DNA of 56,920 nucleotides from Candidatus Acetothermia bacterium (lineage in GTDB: Bacteria; Bipolaricaulota; Bipolaricaulia; UBA7950), in NCBI GenBank assembly GCA_022684035.1, contig JAJHSB010000033.1:1-56920 (forward strand). Direction: 5' to 3'. Below are positions 7,750 to 17,076 of the stretch, piece after piece. Each line of letters opens with the position of its first letter. Within the stretch, counting starts at the first letter, position 1. The translations under genes and the position numbers were made by a program. The notes under the pieces were generated by a model. That model did no database searches. It was not told where the DNA came from and saw only the letters and a list, made by a program, of their open reading frames with translations.

Positions 7750-9369
7750 TTGATGAAAATACAGCGTTCTATCAGTATAGGAGGATGGATAGCGCTTGCG
7801 TTGGCGTTGAGCGCGGCTTTGTGGGCCAACAAAGAGCGAAACGCTTGGGAGAGAGAATATCGCGGTATCACTCTGGCAGTTCATTTTGATCAGCGGTCTT
7901 ATAACAGTAAGTCTCTTTCATTTACTGAATTGGCACAAGCGGGAATAGACAGCATTCTGCTTCCCACTTCAAAGAGTATCGCTGATATAGCAATTATTGC
8001 GGCTGAGATAAATGCCGCAGGTCTTTCTCTCTACCTCTTTGTCGATCACGCGCGGCAATCAGAGGAAGAGTGGCAATCGCTGATCAATCTGGTGCATCCG
8101 CAAATTATCATATTAGATTCCACTCTCCAGTTGCAAGATGGGATAAGCAGCCTTGCAGCGGTAGTTACTGATAAATCCCTACCAGACCAGTCTGCGATTC
8201 AACTGGGAATGATCGAATTTTCTGACTTAACTATCATCCAGTACCTGTGGTGTCAGGGATGGCGCGATGTCATCCGTTTCCATGAAATAACAATCGAAGA
8301 GCTGCTGCCAATGGAAGAGAGAGAGATAATCGCCCGATGGCGTCGCGCTGTGCGGGAACGAAATATCCGTGGCCTTATTCTCCAGCCACTTCCGCACCTA
8401 TCTTTAGCAGAGAACCTCGCCTATTTCGCCCAAGTACACTCAGTAGTAAGTGCGATGGGATTTCAATCGAGAGCGCCAATATCCCTGCCATCGCCGCAAA
8501 GTCCGCTCATTCCCTTCGTGATCGGTATTGGTGTAAGCGCATTGCTGCTCCTCATCGCCCTGAAGCTACAACCGCAAAGAGCAACTATTTACCTACTGGG
8601 AAGTATAATCATAATTGGATTTGCTTTTTTGCTTCCGCTCGATAGCGTCATTGCGCGACAGACGATCGCCCTGCTGATCGCCCTACTTATGCCTCCTTTT
8701 GCCATACTCCTGCTGCTGCCGCGATTAAGCAACCGCAAAGGTTGGCAAGCGGGGATAATGACGGTTGTTCTGTTCTCTCTTATCTCCTTAAGCGCAGGAT
8801 TACTCATCAGTGCTCTTTTAGCTTCGCCTGCTTTTCTCGTCAAGGTACATCAATTTCGCGGTGTAAAACTTGCTCTGTCTCTTCCGCTTATCTTTACTGC
8901 GATTATCTATTATCGCGATGGTGGTTTCAGTTTGTTTTACCAACCTTTATCCCGGTTGCGTCGACCGAGCAAGTTATTCTTTATTGCTGCACTAATAGTG
9001 GTATTAGCGATCGTGATTCTCCGCAGTGGTGCTTACGGCTTGATATATCTGGAATTTGAAATGGCTATCCGGCAATTATTGGAAGAGACGCTTTACGCGC
9101 GGCCGCGATTCAAGGAGTTTCTGTTCGGCCACCCACTCTTATTCCTCGCTGCTGCGAGTACAGTGAGTAGTTTTAAGAGCATCGCTGTCGTGCTGGGAAT
9201 GGTAGGACAAGTATCAATCATCAACACCTTTGCCCATGCCCATACACCGATTTATCTCTCGCTGTTGCGCACTGGAAATGGGTTATTATTAGGGCTTCTT
9301 GCCGGCGGAGTGGTATATCTCGGTATTAAGTACGGTAAAAAGATACTTATTTGGTGTCAAGGTCGGTAA
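7750..9369 (+). CDS. DUF5693-like integral membrane protein
   Basis: RAVRERNIR, FRGVKL, RPRFKEFLFGHP, GQVSIINTFAHAHTP motifs; large soluble N-domain plus many C-terminal TMs. Confidence 0.65.
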   Translation: MMKIQRSISIGGWIALALALSAALWANKERNAWEREYRGITLAVHFDQRSYNSKSLSFTELAQAGIDSILLPTSKSIADIAIIAAEINAAGLSLYLFVDHARQSEEEWQSLINLVHPQIIILDSTLQLQDGISSLAAVVTDKSLPDQSAIQLGMIEFSDLTIIQYLWCQGWRDVIRFHEITIEELLPMEEREIIARWRRAVRERNIRGLILQPLPHLSLAENLAYFAQVHSVVSAMGFQSRAPISLPSPQSPLIPFVIGIGVSALLLLIALKLQPQRATIYLLGSIIIIGFAFLLPLDSVIARQTIALLIALLMPPFAILLLLPRLSNRKGWQAGIMTVVLFSLISLSAGLLISALLASPAFLVKVHQFRGVKLALSLPLIFTAIIYYRDGGFSLFYQPLSRLRRPSKLFFIAALIVVLAIVILRSGAYGLIYLEFEMAIRQLLEETLYARPRFKEFLFGHPLLFLAAASTVSSFKSIAVVLGMVGQVSIINTFAHAHTPIYLSLLRTGNGLLLGLLAGGVVYLGIKYGKKILIWCQGR

Positions 9370-9481
9370 AGACGGGAAATTTTTAGGGTTATAGATCGCT
9401 ATTGACTTTTTCCTTATTTCAATAGAGAATAAAATGATTGGATATGATTTAATCTCTCGCAAAGATAATCCGGAGGAAGTG

Positions 9482-10918
9482 ATGGCACAGCAGCAACTGG
9501 ATAGTGCACAAATTAGCGATCTATGGCGCAAAGCACGCTCTCTGTTGAATGATCGTGTTCTTCAAGCATGCCTCCCGCACAACTCAAAGCACATTGCCCT
9601 GGGAGAAGATACTGTCAAGATCAGGGTGGATAGTGAATTTAAGAAAGAGTACTGCTATCAAAAACTGGCTAAATTAGAGAAGATAGTGGGAGAAATTTTT
9701 GGAAAACGCTATGTCATTATCACAGAACTGCCTTTGATCGAAGAACTCGATCAAGTAAAAGAGGAACCCAAACTGCATACCAAGTTATCTGTATTAGGAA
9801 AAGAAGAGAGACAAACAGAGAAGGAACAGAAGCCGTATACTAAGATAGCTGTATTAGGAATTGGAGATGGCGGGTTAAACGCGATCAACAGGATGAAAGA
9901 ACAAGGTCTCCGCGGCGTCACATTGATCGCACTCGACACCGACCGTCAAATCCTGAGTATCTCCTCAGCCGACAAGAAAGTACAAATGGGAGCGGAGCTC
10001 ACAGCTGGCAGAGGGACTGGGGGTGACCTCAAGAAAGGTGAATTAGCAACAGAAGAATCTCGCTGGGAAATCTCATCCCTGCTTGCAGGAATGGATCTTG
10101 TTTTTCTTGCCTGCGGCCTCGGTGGAGGAACAGGAACGAGTGCTACTCCGATGATCGCCCAGATTGCGAAGGAAGCAGGAGCATTGACAATCGGGGTAGT
10201 CACGCAGCCATTCTCATTTGAGGGGATGATTCGCCAACAGAGAGCTGAGCAAGGATTACTCAAATTGCGGCAGACTGCCGATGTAACGATTGCAATCTCC
10301 AATGATCGTTTACTAGAGACAGCTCCAAAAGGATTATCGATGATTCAAGCATTTAAGCTCGCTGACAGTGTTTTGCACCAAGGCGTACGTGGAATCTCTG
10401 ATTTAATAACGATTCCGGGAATCGTTAATCTTGATTTCGCCGACATCCGTAGTGTTCTCGCTGGTGCAGGAACAGCAATGATGGGAATAGGTGAGGCACA
10501 AGGAGAACAACGCGGTCTTACTGCAGCAAAGTTAGCATCTTCTAATCCACTACTTGACGGTGGAACGATCCGCGGAGCACAGAAATTAATCATGAATGTA
10601 ACCGGCGGCACCGATATGACTTTAGATGAGGTGACGCAAGCCGCTGACCTGATCCGTAAAGCAACTATATCTGAATGTGAAATCATCTTTGGTGCAGTGG
10701 TAGATGAACGACTGACAGGTCGTCTGAAAATTACGGTGATTGCTACCGCCTTTCAAGCGGTCACGGAAAAACCGCTGCGCACCGCCTACAAGAAGCGCGA
10801 GCGAATATCAACGACCAATCTGGAAGTTCCAACCTTCTTGCGCCGCCAACAGCAAGAAGAGAAAGAGACAAAGAAAGAGACAAAGAAAGAAATAAGAGGA
10901 CAGAATTTAAAAAGATGA
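9482..10918 (+). CDS. ftsZ: FtsZ with N-terminal DnaA-domain-I-like extension
   Basis: GLGGGTGTS tubulin signature, VTQPFSFEG, ISNDRL, NLDFADI (T7 loop), C-terminal LEVPTFLRR. Start at 9482 chosen for RBS GGAGG (ORF track starts 9434). About 120 aa precede the GTPase domain. Confidence 0.9.
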   Translation: MAQQQLDSAQISDLWRKARSLLNDRVLQACLPHNSKHIALGEDTVKIRVDSEFKKEYCYQKLAKLEKIVGEIFGKRYVIITELPLIEELDQVKEEPKLHTKLSVLGKEERQTEKEQKPYTKIAVLGIGDGGLNAINRMKEQGLRGVTLIALDTDRQILSISSADKKVQMGAELTAGRGTGGDLKKGELATEESRWEISSLLAGMDLVFLACGLGGGTGTSATPMIAQIAKEAGALTIGVVTQPFSFEGMIRQQRAEQGLLKLRQTADVTIAISNDRLLETAPKGLSMIQAFKLADSVLHQGVRGISDLITIPGIVNLDFADIRSVLAGAGTAMMGIGEAQGEQRGLTAAKLASSNPLLDGGTIRGAQKLIMNVTGGTDMTLDEVTQAADLIRKATISECEIIFGAVVDERLTGRLKITVIATAFQAVTEKPLRTAYKKRERISTTNLEVPTFLRRQQQEEKETKKETKKEIRGQNLKR

Positions 10919-11045
10919 ATGGGGAATGGTGAAGAGAAATCACTTCCCTTTGGCAACTATCGCCTTATCAAACCGTTGATATTCTCATTTACTATTGACT
11001 ACTTACTTAAGGTGGATAGATTTAAAGTCTGAAGGTGAAAGGCTA

Positions 11046-11077
11046 ACGTAGGGGTACGGCATGCCGTGCCCCTACGT
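11046..11077. repeat. GTAG-type REP palindrome
   Basis: ACGTAGGGGTACGGCATGCCGTGCCCCTACGT, near-perfect palindrome; half copy GTAGGGGCACGGCA at 7378-7391. Confidence 0.8.
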
Positions 11078-11214
11078 GTTGTTCAAAGAGCCAATGTGAC
11101 AATGCGAGTTGTTTAGTTATTTATCATAAAGTATAATTATATTGATTATAATCACATTACAGAATGATGATTATATTTCAGAAATAGACTGGTAATCTGT
11201 AAAAGCGATTTGCA

Positions 11215-13005
11215 GTGAGGAGAATTTTAATGTCAAAGTACCATATTGGAATTGATATCGGATCACTTACAATTAAAGTAGTTGTGCTGGATGATGCCGA
11301 TCAGGTACGGGCAAAGATTTATCGCCCTTCTCACGGATCACCGCTGCCCGTTGCCAAAGCAGCCTTAGAAGAATTATTCACCGAGATTGCGCCGGCAGAT
11401 ATTAATGGTTTTGTCGCCACGGGATCAGGAGGACGCAAGCTGGCACAGATATTGAAGATCAATCATATCAATGAATTAATTGCGCAAACAAAAGCGGTAC
11501 AACGGTATTACCCAAAAGTGCGTACAGTAATTGAAATCGGTGGACAAGATTCTAAACTTCTGCTTCTCGGCGAGGAAGGAGGTCAACTGATACTCCAAGA
11601 TTTCTCACTCAATACACAATGTGCTGCTGGTACCGGTTCTTTCCTGGAACAGCAGGCCCAGCGGCTCGAACTTACGATCGAGGAATTCTCTCATCGTGCT
11701 ACACAGGCAGAGAATCCACCCAATATCGCCGGACGGTGCGCTGTCTTTGCCAAGTCGGATATCATTCACCTCCAGCAGGTGGGAACACCGCTAAATGAGA
11801 TCTTGGCCGGCTTATGCTTCGCCTTGGCGCGTAATTTCCGCAGTGATATCGGACGGGGGAAAGAATTCGTCAAGCCGATTCTCTTTCAAGGTGGAGTCTC
11901 ACTTAATCAAGGAATGATCAAGGCATTTGAGAAGATTCTTGATCTTGAGCAAGGAGAATTGATTATCCCCGAACACAATGTTTTGATGGCAGCGCTCGGG
12001 GCGGTTATTATCGACAAAGAACGGCGTGCGCGTGAGAGTCGGCGGGGTCATACCAACAACGATCAATCACCGAATATCGCCGCCAATTATCTGCAATCTC
12101 TTACTGATGCAATCGCTGAGCAGACAAACTACATTCATACTCCCCATACAAAGTTATCGATGCCCATAAAAGTAGGTAACAATTACCGCATTGCGCGTAC
12201 GACCGCTAACGGTCAACTGTGCGCATACTTAGGTATAGATGTCGGCTCGATCAGTACTAAAGCGGTGGCGATCGATAAAGAAGGACGACTGATAGCGCGT
12301 GTTTATTTACGTACTTCTGGTGATCCATTGCAGGCGGTACAAAGATGTTTATCCAAATTGCACGAGGATGCAGCAACGATGCTGCGTAATGTGCGCGGGG
12401 TAGGTGTGACCGGCTCCGGACGGGAGTTGATCGGTAAATTCGTTGGCGCTGATATAATAAAAAACGAAATTACCGCACAGGTCCGCGCCGCTGTGGCTAT
12501 CGACCCGAGAGTGGATACGATAATTGAAATTGGTGGACAAGACTCAAAGTATATCCGTCTGGAAAACGGGATCGTCGTTGACTTTACGTTGAATAAAGTC
12601 TGCGCCGCAGGCACAGGATCATTCTTGGAAGAACAGGCAGCACGATTAGGAATCGCAATCGCGGACTTCAGTGCGTTAGCACTTAACAGTGATCAGCCGA
12701 ATCGATTGGGAGAACGGTGTACGGTCTTTATTGAATCCGACCTGATCCATCACCAGCAACAAGGTTCATCAAAGAATGATCTCGTTGCCGGACTGGCATA
12801 CTCAGTCGCTTATAATTATTTAAACCGGGTTGTGGGCGACAAATCAATTGGCGAGCACGTATTCTTTCAAGGCGGAGTAGCTGGAAATGACGCTGTTGTT
12901 GCCGCTTTCCGCAATCTGCTCGGTCGAGAGATAATAGTTCCGGAACACCATGAACTCACAGGAGCGTATGGTATTGCGTTGATAACGCAAGAGGAGATGA
13001 AATGA
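11215..13005 (+). CDS. Acyl-CoA dehydratase activase, two BadF/BadG/BcrA/BcrD ASKHA ATPase domains
   Basis: Duplicated GIDxGS, EIGGQDSK, CAAGTGSFLE, RCxVF, FQGGV motifs. Start may be ATG 11230. Confidence 0.9.
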   Translation: MRRILMSKYHIGIDIGSLTIKVVVLDDADQVRAKIYRPSHGSPLPVAKAALEELFTEIAPADINGFVATGSGGRKLAQILKINHINELIAQTKAVQRYYPKVRTVIEIGGQDSKLLLLGEEGGQLILQDFSLNTQCAAGTGSFLEQQAQRLELTIEEFSHRATQAENPPNIAGRCAVFAKSDIIHLQQVGTPLNEILAGLCFALARNFRSDIGRGKEFVKPILFQGGVSLNQGMIKAFEKILDLEQGELIIPEHNVLMAALGAVIIDKERRARESRRGHTNNDQSPNIAANYLQSLTDAIAEQTNYIHTPHTKLSMPIKVGNNYRIARTTANGQLCAYLGIDVGSISTKAVAIDKEGRLIARVYLRTSGDPLQAVQRCLSKLHEDAATMLRNVRGVGVTGSGRELIGKFVGADIIKNEITAQVRAAVAIDPRVDTIIEIGGQDSKYIRLENGIVVDFTLNKVCAAGTGSFLEEQAARLGIAIADFSALALNSDQPNRLGERCTVFIESDLIHHQQQGSSKNDLVAGLAYSVAYNYLNRVVGDKSIGEHVFFQGGVAGNDAVVAAFRNLLGREIIVPEHHELTGAYGIALITQEEMK

Positions 13006-15500
13006 CTACAACAACAAAATTCCGTGGCTTTGAATTGGCGGAACACTCATATAAAACAGCGCACTTTACCTGTGATTTATGCTCCAATCTCTGTAAAATT
13101 ACCCGAGTTACTCTGCAAGACGAAGAGTCACTCTACCATGGAGCACGCTGTGGCCGATTCGACAGCCTGGTTGAAAAGGCGCATACCCACCACCATCCTG
13201 ATCTCTTTGCGGCGCGCAATCAGATTATTTTCGATCCTGAGAATACAGGATTAAAAATCGAAAAAGAGATATCTTTACCTCCGTATAGCGGGCAAGTCCG
13301 CGGTCGTATCGGTATTCCACGCACCCTTGCGCTGTGGGATAAATTCCCTTTTTTCGCTGCTTATTTCCGTGTGCTCGGCTATGAGATCATTCTCTCGCCG
13401 ATGACCGGGCAAAAGATTATCCATAATTCGGTGCAGGCGGCAGAGCCGAATATTTGCCTGCCGGCAAAGATAACTCATGGTCATGTCGAGATGCTGCTCA
13501 ACAAAGAGATTGATCATATCTTCCTCCCTGCTCTGATTGACATTGATCACGCCAATACACAGACGCGCACGAATTACACCTGCCCACTTATCCAGACCCA
13601 GCCCTGTATTATAAAAAGTCAGTTTGACTTCGCTGCGCACGGCGTCAACCTAATCGAGACTCCGTTCCATTTCTATCATGAAGCGAAAGTGAGGAAGGAA
13701 TTAACAGAGTTGGGACGTAGTCTCATTAAAAATCGAGCAACAGTCAGGCACGCGATTAACACAGGGTTTAACGCACAGCAAAATGCATATACTGCTCTGC
13801 AGCGACTTGGATCTAAGGCATTTGCTTGCATAGAAACCGGAAGTTTGGGGATAGTCATTTTAGGACGCCCTTATAATAGCTGTGATCATGGGATCAGTCT
13901 GGAAATTTCGCAGAAGCTACGCAAGCTCGGCGTTCTTCCCATCCCAATCGATATTCTCCCTTGGAATACGATCGATGTCGATAGAGATTACCCGCATATG
14001 CAGTGGCACAGCGGCAAGCGGATCATCGCCGCTGCTAAACTCGTTCAGCAAACGGATAATCTATACGGCTTATATCTCTCGCACTTTAATTGTGGACCAG
14101 ACTCGTTTATTCTCCATTATGTCAAAGAAATTTTAACCGGCAAACCATTCCTCAATCTTGAACTCGATGAACACAGTGCTGACGCAGGAGTAATTACTCG
14201 CTGTGAAGCGTTCCTCGACTCACTGACGTTATCGAAAGAGCGAGTCAACCGACAAGGACGATCCTCTCCCGTCTCCGCCCATTCGAAAACAGAACTCGAT
14301 CCCAGCAAGAAACTCTATCTGCCCAATATGCTTGACCATCATCACGCGATTGAAGGGGCATTGATCCATTTTGGCATCGACGCAGAGACTCTTCCGCCGC
14401 CCGATAAAGAGAGTATCATCTTAGGCCGTCAATATGCCACTGGTGGAGAGTGTTTACCATTCATCATCACTGCGGGTGATTTTATCAAACTCGTCACAAA
14501 GCCGGATTTTGATCCGGAAAAATCATCTCTGTTTATGGCAACGAGCAGCGGACCATGTCGCTTTTGCCATTATTTTGCCGCGCAAAAGTTGATCATGCGC
14601 AAACTGGGCGTTAAGGTTGACCTTGTCACACTTGAGTCGTACAGTGGCTACTCAATGAAAAGTTTAGGATCGTCATTCAGGCGGGCGACTTGGGATGGAA
14701 TAGTTGCGATAGATATGCTGCAGAAACTATTGTGGAAGACCCGGCCTTATGAAGCCGAGCGAGGTAGCACCGATATAGTATACCAACGAGCACTCAAAGA
14801 GATTCGTGCTGCGCTGATAAGCAACGGCCGCGCCGGCCTGATTTCATCATTACCCAAAATTATTACCCCGTTCAAGACGATAAAGCAGATTGAGGAAGAG
14901 AGACCATTGATCGGGATAGTAGGCGAGATCTACTTGCGCGTCAATGAGTTCAGCAACAGCAACCTTGCGCGACTGGTCGAAGAACTGGGCGGCGAAGCAC
15001 GTGTTGCACCGATGAGCGAATGGATTGCCTACACTAACTATAAAAAGGTCGGGGATACATGGGAGAAGCGGGAGATCAAAGCCCATCTCAAAGCACAGAT
15101 TGAAAAGAAGTTTCTCTCGCTCGATGAACATGCGATCGCACGTCTATTCAAAGAACAATTATCAGCGAATGATCTGGAAGAACCATTGACTGCGCAAGTC
15201 ATTGCCCACAGTGATCCCTATATCTCTGACGCCTATCGGGGAGAACCAGTACTGACAGTCGGTAAAGCGATCGACTATACGATCAAGGGATTTGATGGCA
15301 TTTTGAATGTAATGCCTTTTTCATGTATGCCCGGCGCAATGGTCAGTGCCGTCTCTACGTTGATAAAATGTGATTATCACTTACCCTGGTTGAACCTCAC
15401 ATTCGACGGCCAAGAACAGACCAATCTCCGTACGCGATTAGAGGCATTTCTCCATCAGGCGCAGGTACACAAAGAGAGACGTTCTGCAGTAATAAAGTGA
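13002..15500 (+). CDS. CoA-enzyme-activase-associated protein (DUF2229 / HgdAB-like domains)
   Basis: CxxCxNxC N-terminus, IGIPR, CLPAKITHGH, GRPYN, FNCGPDSF, LDEH, GPCRF, GIVGEIY, PFSCMPG. Confidence 0.85.
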   Translation: MTTTTKFRGFELAEHSYKTAHFTCDLCSNLCKITRVTLQDEESLYHGARCGRFDSLVEKAHTHHHPDLFAARNQIIFDPENTGLKIEKEISLPPYSGQVRGRIGIPRTLALWDKFPFFAAYFRVLGYEIILSPMTGQKIIHNSVQAAEPNICLPAKITHGHVEMLLNKEIDHIFLPALIDIDHANTQTRTNYTCPLIQTQPCIIKSQFDFAAHGVNLIETPFHFYHEAKVRKELTELGRSLIKNRATVRHAINTGFNAQQNAYTALQRLGSKAFACIETGSLGIVILGRPYNSCDHGISLEISQKLRKLGVLPIPIDILPWNTIDVDRDYPHMQWHSGKRIIAAAKLVQQTDNLYGLYLSHFNCGPDSFILHYVKEILTGKPFLNLELDEHSADAGVITRCEAFLDSLTLSKERVNRQGRSSPVSAHSKTELDPSKKLYLPNMLDHHHAIEGALIHFGIDAETLPPPDKESIILGRQYATGGECLPFIITAGDFIKLVTKPDFDPEKSSLFMATSSGPCRFCHYFAAQKLIMRKLGVKVDLVTLESYSGYSMKSLGSSFRRATWDGIVAIDMLQKLLWKTRPYEAERGSTDIVYQRALKEIRAALISNGRAGLISSLPKIITPFKTIKQIEEERPLIGIVGEIYLRVNEFSNSNLARLVEELGGEARVAPMSEWIAYTNYKKVGDTWEKREIKAHLKAQIEKKFLSLDEHAIARLFKEQLSANDLEEPLTAQVIAHSDPYISDAYRGEPVLTVGKAIDYTIKGFDGILNVMPFSCMPGAMVSAVSTLIKCDYHLPWLNLTFDGQEQTNLRTRLEAFLHQAQVHKERRSAVIK

Positions 15501-15547
15501 CACTAAACTCAATCAGGTGAGCATAACAACTATGCACCCCTCTATTT

Positions 15548-15910
15548 TTAGACTGGTCGCTGCCGCTGTAGAGAACGCCGGGCACGTGGCGGCCCGATGA
15601 TCTCCGTTAAAATGACAGCATCAATCAGAGTCCGCCGGTTACGCAGCAAGTGTGTAATACCTTCGCTGCGGCGGGAAAGAGAGTCACGCGGAACCTTTTG
15701 CCTATCTTTGAGCTCCAAACTCCTCTGAATCTCAGCGTTCTCCTTCCGCAGTTTGGCATTCTCTTCCCTGAACCTGGCATTCTCTTGCGTCAGTCGCTGT
15801 ATCTCGATAATGATCTTCTGGTAATCCTCTCTTTCCAGGAAGATTACATCCTCGTGAGTTATGTCATCTATGGGAATGCGCAACGGGAGTCGCATCATAT
15901 TAACCACCAA
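15548..15910 (-). CDS. Small coiled-coil protein, third gene of nfeD-floA operon
   Basis: Coiled-coil ENARFREENAKLRKEN and C-terminal AVILTEIIGPPRA; position after floA. Confidence 0.55.
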   Translation of the reverse strand: MVVNMMRLPLRIPIDDITHEDVIFLEREDYQKIIIEIQRLTQENARFREENAKLRKENAEIQRSLELKDRQKVPRDSLSRRSEGITHLLRNRRTLIDAVILTEIIGPPRARRSLQRQRPV

Positions 15911-15995
15911 AATAGATCCGATAGCAAGATTTCAGAAGCAAGACTATATTGGGTCAACGGTTACTCCGATCTCCTGTTGTTAACTTACTTCCTGG

Positions 15996-16985
15996 TTATT
16001 TCTTTCCACCGGGTTCTTTTTCTGCGGGTACTTTCGAAATGGAGGTACGCATCTCAGTATCAGCCATGATATTGCGCATGTTATAATAATCCATTATCCC
16101 CAGATTTCCTGCTTTGAACGCCTCAGCTATTGCTTGCGGCACGAGGACTTCGGCTTCGACAACTTTGGCCCGCATCTCCTGCACCAGGGCAAGCATTTCT
16201 TGCTCTTTGGCCACGGCCATTGCACGTCGCTCTTCTGCCTTTGCTTGTGCAATCTGTTTGTCAGCCTCTGCCTGATCTATCTGCAGTGCGGCGCCGATGT
16301 TCTTCCCTACATCGACATCAGCGATATCGATCGAGAGGATTTCAAATGCGGTGCCGGCATCGAGCCCCTTTTCCAGAACACGCCTAGATATCGAATCCGG
16401 ATTTTCCAGCACTAATTTGTGGCTCTCTGCTGAACCGATAGTGGTAACGATCCCCTCGCCAACACGGGCCAAGACAGTTGCTTCACCGGCTCCTCCGATC
16501 AGCCGCTCGATATTGGCGCGTACTGTAACTTTGGATTTAGCCTTGAGCTCGATGCCGTCTTTGGCCACTGCCGCCACAACCGGTGTTTCGAGCACTCTCG
16601 GATTTACACTCATCTGCACCGCTTCCAGAACATTGCGTCCGGCAAGGTCGATCGCTGCCGCGCGCTCAAAGGGTAATGGTATCTGGGCGCGCTGTGCGGC
16701 AATGAGTGCATCTACAACGCGACTTACATTCCCTCCTGCCAGAAAATGGGCCTCCAGCTTGTCGCTCTCTGCTTTTAAACCGGCCTTGACCGATTTGATC
16801 ATCGCCAGTACGATGAGTGCCGGCGGTACTTTACGCAAGCGCATCCCGATTAGAGCGCCGATTCCGATCGGTACTTTGGCTGCCAAGGCAGAGATCCATA
16901 GCCTGACCGGGATAAAACTGCCGATGATCAGTATGACAACGACAGCTATTCCAATAAGGATTAGTGTGATATTCCCTCCATTCAT
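15996..16985 (-). CDS. floA: Flotillin-like protein FloA (YqfA)
   Basis: [51 protein letters not shown]. Start 16985 after RBS GAGGAGG (track start 17060). Confidence 0.92.
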   Translation of the reverse strand: MNGGNITLILIGIAVVVILIIGSFIPVRLWISALAAKVPIGIGALIGMRLRKVPPALIVLAMIKSVKAGLKAESDKLEAHFLAGGNVSRVVDALIAAQRAQIPLPFERAAAIDLAGRNVLEAVQMSVNPRVLETPVVAAVAKDGIELKAKSKVTVRANIERLIGGAGEATVLARVGEGIVTTIGSAESHKLVLENPDSISRRVLEKGLDAGTAFEILSIDIADVDVGKNIGAALQIDQAEADKQIAQAKAEERRAMAVAKEQEMLALVQEMRAKVVEAEVLVPQAIAEAFKAGNLGIMDYYNMRNIMADTEMRTSISKVPAEKEPGGKK

Positions 16986-17076
16986 GTGAAAAACCTCCTC
17001 TAAAAAAATGCCAACAATTGTCCCAGCTATTCCCGTGAGTAGCCATTTCCAGAAAAACATCTAGAGCCTTTTAATT

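Noticed and set aside
9370-11210. oriC or DnaA boxes near the DnaA-N-like ftsZ
   Set aside because: No TTATCCACA-type cluster seen by eye in the flanking intergenic regions.
16297-16989. 230-aa plus-strand ORF and similar antisense ORFs (27447..28199, 32487..33077, 55883..56413)
   Set aside because: Shadows of well-supported genes on the opposite strand, with no motifs or RBS.
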